Below, one piece after another: positions 38,035-48,827 of a DNA stretch of 57,720 bases. This DNA comes from Octopus bimaculoides (Eukaryota): positions 109,951,243-110,008,962 of the forward strand of contig NC_068986.1 of the NCBI RefSeq assembly GCF_001194135.2. The letters are read 5' to 3'. The translations under genes were made by a program, and so were the position numbers. Every line of letters starts with the position of its first letter. The stretch's first letter is position 1. Under the pieces are notes generated by a model. The model saw only the letters and a program-made list of their open reading frames with translations, searched no databases and was not told the origin of the DNA.

Positions 38035-38418
38035 CGTGACACTCCGTCGGTTACGACAACGAGGATTCCAGTTGATCCGATCAACGGAACAGCCTGCTCA
38101 TGAAATTAGCGTGCAAGTGGCTGAGCACTCCACAGATACGTGTACTCCTTAAAGTAGTTCTCTGGGAGATTCAGTGTGACACAGAGTGTGACAAGGCTGG
38201 CCCTTTAAAATACAGGTACAACAGAAACAGGAAGAAAGAGTGAGAGAAAGTTGTGGTGAAAGAGTACAGCAGGGTTCGTCCAACACCTCCTGCCGGAGCC
38301 TCGTGGAGATTTAGGTGTTTTCGTTCAATAAACACTCACAACGCCCGGTCTGGGAATCGAAATCGCAATCCTACGACTGTGAGTCCGCTGCCTTAACCAC
38401 TGGGCCATTACCCCTCCA
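38035..38418 (-). mobile_element. Full-length SINE family C
   Basis: The reverse complement begins with the tRNA-like GGAGGGGTAATGGCCCAGTGGTTAAGGCAGCGGACTC..TTCGATTCCCAGACCGGGCG. Confidence 0.9.
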
Positions 38419-40895
38419 CTAACATTTAACTAATTACTATATAATCTTTAGTTTATGACTGATAGTTTATTGCCGTCAGTTTATGATTGCTAATTTATTT
38501 TTGCTTGTTTATTTCTTATTCCTGAAATTGTATTACTATAAGTTTATTAATACTTCTTTATTCGTATCGATCTTTGAATCTATCAATACCAGTTTATTAT
38601 TGCTAATAACTAAATTCGAAATAAGATATTAGTTATAAACAAGTTCTGATAGATTACTAGCAATAAACTAATAACTGCCAGCTAACTGCAATCTAACAGT
38701 AATAAATTAGTAACAATAAGCAAACAGGAATACATTACTAGTAACAGACTAATAGTAATAAGTTAATAGTATAGAATTAACAGCAGTGATTCACCGCTAA
38801 TAAACTAGTTGTAATCCACAACAAAACAAAGCAACAACAAAAAAATAAAGATTAGATTAGATATTAACCCTTTTTGCCTGTCCAAAGTTTTTTCATATGG
38901 TCATCCTAAACGCCCATGCTTGCTTTTAGATTTTTAAAATTAACCCATGTTTCACACGTTCTGAGTAACGCTTTCCTTACATAAGTCCCAAGTACTGAGG
39001 TGGTTGAAAAATATATATGATGCATGAATACCAGGGTAACATGTCCTGTGTTAAAGAGATTATACACAAATTTATTAGAGACAAATACAATATCCTTGAT
39101 AACTGGAGTATACATATTTACAGAGAGAAAAATAGCGTATGTTTTGAAGATGAAGTGACGTAAATATGAGGGATGACGGAATAAATATTTTATGCACAGT
39201 GGTTCGATTCATCCTCCTATATTCTGAGTTCAAAACTTGTTGCAGTTGACTATGCTTTTCATGTCCCCGAGGCAAACAATATAATTAGCAATAAGTTAGT
39301 AACGGCGAATCAAATGAATTATAACTTTCATCCGTTTTTGAGAATGAAGGGCTTTTGTACTCGGAATAAAATTAGATATGTAATGCGCTGAAGAAAATGT
39401 AAAATCTCTCTGAAATGATGGACTCACTTTTGATGTCTGTTAAATTAGTATTTACTTTGGAGTTAAATTAGTATTTACTGTATTACTTCTTAGTTTGAGT
39501 GATTTCATATGAGGAATTCAGAGAGAAAATAAGCAAGTTTTACCGATTTCTTTATTTCGGCTGTCTAATTTCTACCATAACCAATCAAAAGAAACAGAAA
39601 TTCTATACATTTGACTCCAGGATATAGCTTCAATAAAACTAGTTTTCTTACTTGTTATTGCTCTTATGCTTGTCTACTGAGTTTTCAAATCAAAGACGAG
39701 AAAGAAAAAAAGAAGAGAGATGGTTTATTTGACGATTGCAAAGTAGGAAGTATACAACTAATGGTGATAAAATTGCTCAAGGGTAAGTCATAGATCCGAC
39801 TTACATTATTTAATACTTTCATCTAATATTTAAAACAAGACACCGTCAAGATTAGCTGCTCTTTGAACTCGAACGAGTATGGTAGAAGCGTAAGGTTGGC
39901 GAGTGCTGCATTAATGTTCTCCAGTTCTGACAGTGAAAAGTTAGGATCTGCATCAAATGCAAATCTTCTCGCAATCCATATTTCAACGGTGTCAGTCTAT
40001 GGTTTCCCTCTATTTTTTTCTTGTGGCTGTTTTGTCTTCAACTGTTCACATGTAGAAAATTTTACCCAATCTCTTTGATTTTACAATATATTTATTCCAT
40101 TTGTGTGACGGACATCTGGTTTGCAGATTTGTCTACTTGTGACACCATGTGTCTGTGTCTCAGACGACCAAGATCTCCCGACATCACCTTATTTGATGCA
40201 ATGTCAGCATTCAGTTATGATGATATGTAGTGATGACAGCGTGTGATGATTACAACATGATGACAATATGTTGTGATGACGATTTGCGGCGATTACAATA
40301 TCACATTCTAATGACAGATTGTGACAACTAAATATATGATAAGAGTATGAGGATATATAAAAACGAGGCGATAAAAGCGTACGGAAGAAGCATTGATTAT
40401 ATCAGATGCTAATGTTGACTAATGAAACATGGAAAAAAATAGCCTTACTCCATTCAAGTCTCTAATTAATCATCAAAGAAAATATGATGCACATGATATG
40501 TATAAACATCCGATACTAAGGGCGGTATACAGTGATACATTGAAGAGTAAATAACGTCGGTTACGCAATTGTAAGCACTGGTAGATAATAGTACATGAAA
40601 CAACCACTAATGATGATGGTTCACAGCTCACGGTAGACTGGGGTGCATCCATCTGAAACTAGTGATAGTAGTACACACTGGTGCACAGAGGTAGATCAAG
40701 TAGCAAAAGGTAATGAAGACAGACACTATGAGAACTGGAAACATTTAGCGAAGAACTAAACTAAACTTACGATATAATTCTTAGCAACATACCTTGGGAC
40801 ATATGTCCACTTAGAAGAGGAAAAAGTATTCACACTTGAGCAGATTCAGCATCAACAAGATGCAAGGTGTTCATCTTCCTTCCTTCCTTCCTTCC

Positions 40896-40954
<59 letters not shown>

Positions 40955-41454
40955 TCATACTACGTAACGTAATGATTTAGTGTCATTAATCTTTTATTTT
41001 ATAACAAAATTTCTATTCTATATTACAAATTAATAGCAGTTTAGCTTGATGCATGAATCAAGTCAGTTTCGCAGCCAGCATCGTATTGATATCTTACTCA
41101 AGCAATTCACTAATGTGAAATAGATTATAAATTCAATTTATCTGTAATTTGATCATTGGCCACTTGGACATTTTAGAAATTGTACGGTGAAGGAAAGGAC
41201 TTTAATCCATCCTTTTAATGAAGACAAATGTTTCTGTCAGTCGTATGATTAACCAACCAGGCATAGCCCACTACTTCCACTTGTAAATAACTTCGAGGAA
41301 GAGACAAACCAGCTAATTGGTTGACATTAGATAAATTTTCGTAACAAACAGGACAGTATGGTCGGCGAGCATTTACATAATGACAATAATGTTTAGCAGT
41401 GAGAGATATGTTACTAATAACCGTTTCTACTATAGGTACACAGCCTGAAATATT

Positions 41455-41630
41455 AGCAGAGGTGGTAAGTCGATTACTTCGACCCAAGTGTCTAACGTGC
41501 TTCTTTTATCGACCCCGACATGAAGAAAGATAAAATCAATCCCTGGGGAATTTAAACTCAGAACGAAAATACCTACGAAATGCCGGTAAGCATTTTGTCT
41601 GGCATGCTAACCATTCTACCTGCTCGACAC
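41455..41630 (-). mobile_element. SINE family A
   Basis: TTTATCGACCCCGAC..GAATTTAAACTCAGAACG...AAGCATTTTGTCTGGCATGCTAAC. Confidence 0.75.
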
Positions 41631-41669
41631 TTTAGTCCCATTGCTCATAATAATAATGGTTGTGATAGT

Positions 41670-41810
41670 GATTAATTCCGCCGAGGTAGACTCTTGCCTT
41701 TCATCCTATCGATCAAGTATGTAAAAGTCCAGTATTGGGGATCGATGTGATCGAATTCTCCTCTCCTCAAAATTGATGATCTTGTGTGTCAAAATTAGAA
41801 AGAAAATATT
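41670..41810 (+). mobile_element. SINE family A 3' fragment (A2 tail)
   Basis: ATTCCGCCGAGGTAGACTCTTGCCTTTCATCC...CTCAAAATTGATGATCTTGTGTG. Confidence 0.7.
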
Positions 41811-42006
41811 AGTAGCGAGGCCAGTGCGTTCTCTATGCTATTCAAAAATTTCAATTAACAGAACTTATTAGAGTTACCTCTCTTGATGTTGTTTTAATAC
41901 TTTAAAAGCACATAAAGAGAGTTTCTTTTTTTTTTTTTTATCAAATAATTGCTTTCATAACTCTGGTTGGGAGAAATTTTCTAACCCATTATATTTCATA
42001 TATACG

Positions 42007-42290
42007 AGGGCGTATGATCCTGTGTTTAGGGTGCTGCACACAGGATCGTGAGATCGTAGTTTCAATTCCTCGCCCGAGTGGTGCCCTGTATTCTTGAGTA
42101 AAAGACTTCATCTCACGCTGCTCTACGATCGCTTCGATACCTGACGTGTGGCAGACCGTGTACCTGTTCAGGCAACATCAATTTGATGGAGGATGTGAGC
42201 TAATGTACAGCACAAAAGTTTGGTCAATATAAACAAAACACTTGTGTAGCTTGTTCAACAAGAAATTGCAGAACTTTCTCGAACTACGAG
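42007..42290 (+). mobile_element. tRNA-derived SINE, family D
   Basis: tRNA-like head (GTTTAGGGTGCTGCAC..GTAGTTTCAATTCCT) followed by TTCTTGAGTAAAAGACTTCATCTCACG; single copy in the window. Confidence 0.5.
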
Positions 42291-42379
42291 AGATTACCAA
42301 TGCATAAGATAAACACGACCATATTGGTGTATGGAGTAGAACGCTACGTAGCACGTTTGGTCATTCATCATATTACCGA

Positions 42380-42401
42380 GCATGGTATAGTTGGTAGTAT
42401 C

Positions 42402-42451
<50 letters not shown>

Positions 42452-42750
42452 TGGGGTAGGATCAGAAATAGTACTGTCAGTAGTATTACTGTGATAGTAG
42501 TAGTATTAGTTTAATAGTAGTATAGTACTTTAGCAATGATAGAAGGGTCAGCGTTGGCGTTCGTTGTGGTAATAGTTTTAGTATCGATATTGGTTTTGTT
42601 AGTAGTGTTAATAGTTGCAGTATTAGTAGTGGTAATACGAGACGTTTTCATAGCGGTTGTAGTAGTGCTTGCAGTAGTAATAGTAGTAGTCTTAGTAATC
42701 GTAGATGTGGTAGTGTTTCAAAAGGTAATGGCTGCAGAGTTAGCTGTAAT
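42380..42750. repeat. (GTA)n pure and degenerate trinucleotide tract
   Basis: Directly visible; produces the Val-rich ORFs. Confidence 0.9.
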
Positions 42751-43060
42751 AATGTGTAACCTCGTTTATGACTGTTTTATCCATCGTTGATTCGAGATAA
42801 CACGGTATATTCAATTATGAACAATTTTACGTTTATCACGGATTGATCTGTGATAACACATGTCAGCGATCAGTCAAAGATTTTACTTGTATCGCAAAAC
42901 TTGCTGTAGTGACCCCCCACAATTATCATTTACCCAGAGTGCACCGAGTCTTTTAATTTTGGAATCCCGAAAATTTTTTATTCGAAATCTCACCCAGGAC
43001 TGATCGTTCCTTATTCCACATAAAATATAAATCTTCCACCTTTAAAATGAAAAGATCTTT

Positions 43061-43123
<63 letters not shown>

Positions 43124-43280
43124 CAGAGAACACACACACACACACACACACATACACACACACACACTCACACACACATATATAGTGAATAATTATATCG
43201 GTTTAATTATTATGCCGCATATTTCATTAAGATTTGATTGCGCAATAATAACTCTGCCTCGGACGAAGGACTTAATTGGA

Positions 43281-43380
43281 GAGAAGGATCCGACAGAAGA
43301 GAGAAGGATCCGACAGAAGAGAGAAGGATCCGACAGAAGAGAGAAGGATCCGACAGAAGAGAGAAGGATCCGACAGAAGA
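43281..43380. repeat. Five perfect copies of the 20-bp unit GAGAAGGATCCGACAGAAGA
   Basis: Directly counted. Confidence 0.97.
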
Positions 43381-43743
43381 GGACTCCGGCTCTGTTAGCC
43401 TCGATGCGATCATATTATGATTAGATGGAATCAAAATGTCAGAATGATCAGGGGATAAATCAATATCAATTTAACGAATTGTCATAACTAATAAGTCTTC
43501 TCAACAATAAGTCTTCTCAAAAGTGTTCTGCGCACGTCTTAAGGATTAAAACATAGAAACAAAAAAAATTGTTACGGATGTTGTAAAAATAAAACAGTTG
43601 AAAAAAAAACTCATAAAATGCAATACATTGTAATTTAACCAGTTTTTACCGCTGTTTAAACGCATGTCGGAGGCCCTGATCGAGCATATCTACCAAAAGT
43701 ATTTCAGCAATAAAATGCGTATGTATGTATGTATGTATGTATG

Positions 43744-43775
<32 letters not shown>

Positions 43776-44334
43776 CATGCATGTCTAGCTGTCTGTCTGT
43801 ATGCATGCATAATTTTTGTTTAAGTTTAATTCAATTTCTTCTTAAGAGATTTCAAGCCAGTTGCTAACAAAGCGACACAATTTTTTGAGTTAAGACATTT
43901 CCCTGTGTTTGGAAATATGTGGTTGAGTTTGAGTCTTGTTTGAACTGTCGATGTATACATCCAAGTGAATGGATGTATTCACATAAAAACCTCACATGCA
44001 GAATTTTTGGAATGTGTTACAAATTTTTCCTGTACCACCAATAGATTGGATTTCTCAACGTAATGAACAGTAACACTGAATGCAGATCTACACGGTTACC
44101 AAGCGGACTTTCTACATTTATCAAATAGTTTTCTTAGTTCAAGCCATATCATCAGACAAAGGGGAATCGGAAGTAATAAAAGTTATAAATACTTTCATTT
44201 TTAGTTTTTCATTTCGTTATCTCGATTTTAGTTTTGAAGATTAGGTTAGCCATCGATATAGTTTGTTTTTTGATCACTTGGCTTGTGTTTTGTACAATTA
44301 TTGATTAAATATTTAGTTTTAATCATTTATATAC

Positions 44335-44692
44335 GTGGCACTCAGTTGGTTACAACGACGAGCGTTCCAGTTGATCCGATCAACGGAACAGTCTACTCAT
44401 GAAATTAATGTGCAAGTGGCTGAGCACTCCACAGACACGTGTACTCTTAACGGAGTTCTCGGGGAAATTCAGCGTGACACAGAATGCGACAAGGCTGGCC
44501 TTTCAAAATACAGGTACAACAAAAACTGGAAGAAAGAGAGAGAGTTGTGGTGAATGAGTACAGCAGGACACGCCACCCCGCCTCTGCCTGGGCTTTGTGG
44601 AGCTTTAGGTGTTTTCGCTCAATGCCCGGTCTGAGAATCGAAACCGCGATCCTACGACCGCAAGTCCGCTACCCTAACCACTGTGCCTCCAC
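44335..44692 (-). mobile_element. SINE family C
   Basis: Collinear with 38035-38418, with an internal deletion. Confidence 0.88.
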
Positions 44693-44719
44693 ACTATTTA
44701 TATATTCGGGGATAAATAC

Positions 44720-44920
44720 AAAACATCTTCTTGGTTTCAAATTTCAGCACAAGGCCAGCAATTTCGAGGGAGCGGGTAGGTCGACTCCAGTGCAGCTGGT
44801 AATTATTTTATCGACCACGAAAGGATGAAAGGGAAAGACAACCCTGGCAGAATTTGAACTCAGAACGTAAGGACGGATGAAATACCGCTAAGCATTTCGT
44901 CCGGCATGCTAATAATTCTA
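44720..44920 (-). mobile_element. SINE family A (A2 tail)
   Basis: GGTTTCAAATTTCAGCACAAGGCCAGCAATTTCGAGG tail; GAATTTGAACTCAGAACGTAA. Confidence 0.82.
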
Positions 44921-45034
44921 CAAAACAACTTATTGATTACGAAAAATCATAATTGCTCCACATATTTATCTTCATTGCCTCTGCGTTTATTTGTTTGACC
45001 AACCTATTTAAAATTCCTGATATTGTGCAGGTGA

Positions 45035-45240
45035 ACTTACATAGTCTAGTGGTAGTTTCGATTCACGGTCTGAGTGATGCGTGATTTTTTGAACAAACCA
45101 GTCCACTTCACGTTGATCGCCTCCATTCGGCTGTAAACGAGTAACTCTGTGCCGGAAGGGCGTCCTGTTTACAGAGTGTTGTGATCTCGGTCACTTCTGT
45201 GCTATGGAAACCGCGTAACCAGTCCTACCAGTCCTAGAAC
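45035..45240 (+). mobile_element. Degenerate SINE, possibly Meta-domain type
   Basis: GTTTCGATTC T-loop, then GGCGTCCTGT...CTCGGTCACTTCTGTGCTATGGAAACCG, resembling the Meta domain as recalled. Confidence 0.4.
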
Positions 45241-45748
45241 TCAAGATAGTACTGTTCAGACATTGATGATGATGATGATGATGATGTTGAGAATGATGAC
45301 GACGATGACGATGACCACGTCGATAATGACGATGACGACAGCGACGACGACGACGATAATGATGACGATGATGATGATGAAAATTGTGAACAATTTTTAA
45401 CAACCACTTCACATTTATTGACGTTTAAACTGAAAGCGATTCAAAATTATCGCGTAATATTTGTATGAATTTCCGAATTTCTCTGGTTCAGCAGAATATG
45501 TCCAGAATTAATATTCTTACGTCAAAACTAAGTATTTATTATTCAAGCAGAACTTACAGTGAAAATCTTATATAAATTTACTTTAGGTCCTTGCATATGT
45601 CTGGTTTTGAAAGCGAATACTGTGCAGCCGCTACTCAACCGTTTTTTCACTCGTGTTCGTGGTTGTGTATCTTTATACGTTTCCATATGTGTGATAACCG
45701 GCTTCTGGATGAGTGTAAAACTCTAGGTATGATGATGGTAAGAACAAA

Positions 45749-45813
<65 letters not shown>

Positions 45814-45815
45814 CA

Positions 45816-45848
<33 letters not shown>

Positions 45849-46196
45849 TGTGTGTATGTGTGTGTAGGAATGAAAAGACAGAGAAAGGGAAAATTGAGTG
45901 GTGTGTGTGTGTGAATGAGTCGAGGCAGTTGTAAAGTGAAAAATAGCATGCTCTATGTATGTATATATATATATATCATATCTATCTATGTATGCGTGTG
46001 TGAGTGAGTTTACTGCTTTGAAAGCAGGGTGTATGTATATTGGAATTCGTGACATCATTATGGTGCGACAGCAGTCAACTGAATAGTTGTATATTCGGAT
46101 TAGACCGGGGATTAAGTAAACATAAACAACGTTTCTATAAAAACTGTTTCATTACAATCATCTAAGTATATACTTTATATATAGCGTGAATTTACA

Positions 46197-46253
<57 letters not shown>

Positions 46254-46254
46254 A

Positions 46255-46370
46255 AGACGAAGACGGGTGTGAAAGTCTTTTACGTTTTGAGCTTACGCTC
46301 TTCGACAGAAAGGAACACAGAAACAAACAGGAAGAGAAAATAGAAAAAGGTTTAGTAGCTAACGGTCTAT
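46255..46370 (-). mobile_element. Penelope-type terminal repeat fragment with a degenerate hammerhead
   Basis: Reverse complement CTTT-CTGTCGA-A-GAGC-GTAA-GCTC-AAAAC-GTA-AAAG. Confidence 0.5.
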
Positions 46371-46724
46371 TATAGTATTATATTTGTAAATCAGCAACTG
46401 AATCTCCCTTGTAATAACTGCTGCCGGGGCACAACGCGTGTATTTAGTAATTCTTACATCACTATTCTGGCAAGTATGGTAAATCATGCCTTGCAGAGAA
46501 AGTCTAATTAGCTCGAAACATGTCTAAAAGTTTTCTGTACTATCAGATAATATTGTACCAACCCTATGTTTATTGTACCAACCCTATGTTTATTGTACCG
46601 AATGCAAACGCATCGTGAAAGGCAAGTTAATTGCGGTGTTCGTCCGGACACAGTGTCTCTTCTAGACATGCCGTATTGAAAAACATAAGTATATTAAGGT
46701 AGCAGTTCAAAACTGGTCGGCAAC

Positions 46725-46943
46725 GGTGGTGAGAATGCTAGATGCGTATTTTCGCTTCTTTGAGTCTCGTCAGTTGCAGGTACTCATTGCCAGCCACATA
46801 CTAAATGCAACACCACTGCGGTTTCAATCCCTTTTTACCTATAGAGTGACGACGGATTTTGTGTTAGTATGTGGTTGGTAGTGAGTACACGCTGCTGACA
46901 AAACCCCAAAAATCAGAAACGCGCATCTAACATTCTCATCACT
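46725..46943. repeat. Imperfect foldback (about 85-bp arms), probable old MITE
   Basis: GGTGGTGAGAATGCTAGATGCG pairs with CGCATCTAACATTCTCATCACT, and GTACTCATTGCCAGCCACATACTAA pairs with TTAGTATGTGGTTGGTAGTGAGTAC. Confidence 0.8.
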
Positions 46944-47176
46944 ACCTCTGGACGAGTTTCGTCTGCTACTGATATATGTATGCATACGAGCACGCGCGCG
47001 CGTGTTATTTAACAAAGTACGTCCATAAAAGTTTTTATCCCCGGATGAATACCGCAGCTAATTTGACTTCCGTAATGTATATGCATTAAGTATGATACAT
47101 GGATAGATATTTTAATGTAATGTTTTTTTTTTCTCTTCGCAACGGATTAAATATTGTAATAGACATAAATACTTAC

Positions 47177-47238
47177 CCCATGGAAGTGAGCTTAATTCAC
47201 ACCATAGTTTGATGCTGTTATAGTTGTTCAGTTCAAAG
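47177..47238 (-). CDS. Candidate second exon (FELNNYNSIKLWCELSSLPW)
   Basis: GTAAGT donor, weak CTAG acceptor; phase 2 to 1, compatible with 47625-47674. Confidence 0.2.
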
Positions 47239-47401
47239 CTAGCTTTGGCCAGGTACAAATGAGTACAGGTATAACCACAAGGTTAGAATGTTTGTTTCAC
47301 AAATAAATCGTTTCGGTATCGATGCTTGCAACAAAGTGACAGTTATTGGGATCAGATAATGAAAGCTCCACGGCACACACACACACACACACACACGCAC
47401 G

Positions 47402-47436
<35 letters not shown>

Positions 47437-47624
47437 GGAAGCATGCTCTCGTTGTTTAGTTCCCAAATCGGGGGCCTGAACGAGAAGAACTATGACTAAT
47501 GGCAGAGAAACAAAGCCCATTTCGTGTTTCAGGTCAAACACTACTTTGTCTTATACTTCATGTATTTTAAACATAGTATTGTAGAGGGACGTTGCCTACT
47601 GTTTCTTTTAAGTCGAGCGCTCAC

Positions 47625-47674
47625 TTAAAAGCTCTCACTTCAGCTCGTAATTCCTCATTTTCTCGGCTGGCCAT
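47625..47674 (-). CDS. Candidate first coding exon (MASRENEELRAEVRAF)
   Basis: ACGATGG start context, in-frame upstream stop, GTGAGC donor; CCAAT- and TATA-like motifs within 110 bp upstream. Confidence 0.25.
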
Positions 47675-48736
47675 CGTAGATATTTATGGCATTAACCTCT
47701 TATATAAAGGGGTTATCTTAAAATATAAGACGCGTTATAACAAGTAAAGGTTAACAGACTTCAAACTCGCTGATTTATATTGGCCGGCCGTTATTAAGAA
47801 TTGTCAATTAAATGGACAAATTTTCTTTAATAAATATATCAATAATATGAAGTTTATAGCAATCATTCACTACTGACAGGTGTGGAATATGAGATAAATG
47901 TTTACTTGAAAGAAATTGGAAAAAAAAAAAGCAATTGAAGATTTCAGACAAGAAAAACAAAAAAAAAAAAAAAGGCAATAAAAAAGAAATTGAAGAAAAC
48001 AGGCTCACAAAGAATATCTTAAATATAGCTTTTTTTTTTTTTGGATAAGAAAGTGATTAAAAGTTGATACTAAATCAATGTCTTTAAATGTTTGCAGGAA
48101 TTTTACGTTGAAATGTTGGAATATTCTTACTTATTCTTAAAGCAGATGTTATATGAAATAATTCTATAACATAACAAGAGAAAAATTAACGGAAAATAAC
48201 ATAAAAATTAGCAAATATTAAAAATGTTATGGATAGAAAAAAAAGAAGGAAAATCAATAAAACTAAATATCAATAGATCAAACTGCTCAGTACATTTCTA
48301 TCAGCCACACCTTGTCTCCGTTTTCGTAAAATCTCTTCTTTAAATCCAAACAAGATCTAATATGACTTTTCACTCGCAGTACTCTTTATAAAATGATAAG
48401 AAGATCCAAATACGTCAAGTTATTTGGTTTTTGTATTTGTTTCTTGGAATTTTCATGTGTAACTTGGTGGATTTTCGCCTTCTTTCACTCTTTCATTCCT
48501 CTTCAGTTCCATAAAAACCTTTTGACGACGAAGTAAAAATTAAGACCTTGTAAAATAGGTATTCTTTTACCTATAAAAAAAAACAAACTCAACTATGTAT
48601 GCTTGTATGAATGTATGTATTTATGTATGTATGTATGCATGTCTGCATGTATTATGTATATGTGTATATGTGTATGTATGTGAGTATGCATGTATATATA
48701 AATATATATATGTATTTATGTGTATATCTATATTTA

Positions 48737-48827
<91 letters not shown>

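Noticed and set aside
38340-38418. tRNA gene
   Set aside because: It is the tRNA-derived head of a SINE. It continues into the SINE body and lacks a proper acceptor stem; the same applies to the other SINE heads.
42536-42790. Hydrophobic multi-TM-looking ORF
   Set aside because: It is the translation of a degenerate (GTA)n tract.
43281-43380. CRISPR-like array
   Set aside because: The units are contiguous with no spacers, there are no cas genes, and the context is eukaryotic.
43975-43998. 9-bp perfect hairpin ATACATCCA/TGGATGTAT
   Set aside because: Too short for a miRNA precursor; likely chance.
45191-45412. His/Arg-rich ORF
   Set aside because: It is the translation of a (CAT/CGT)n microsatellite.
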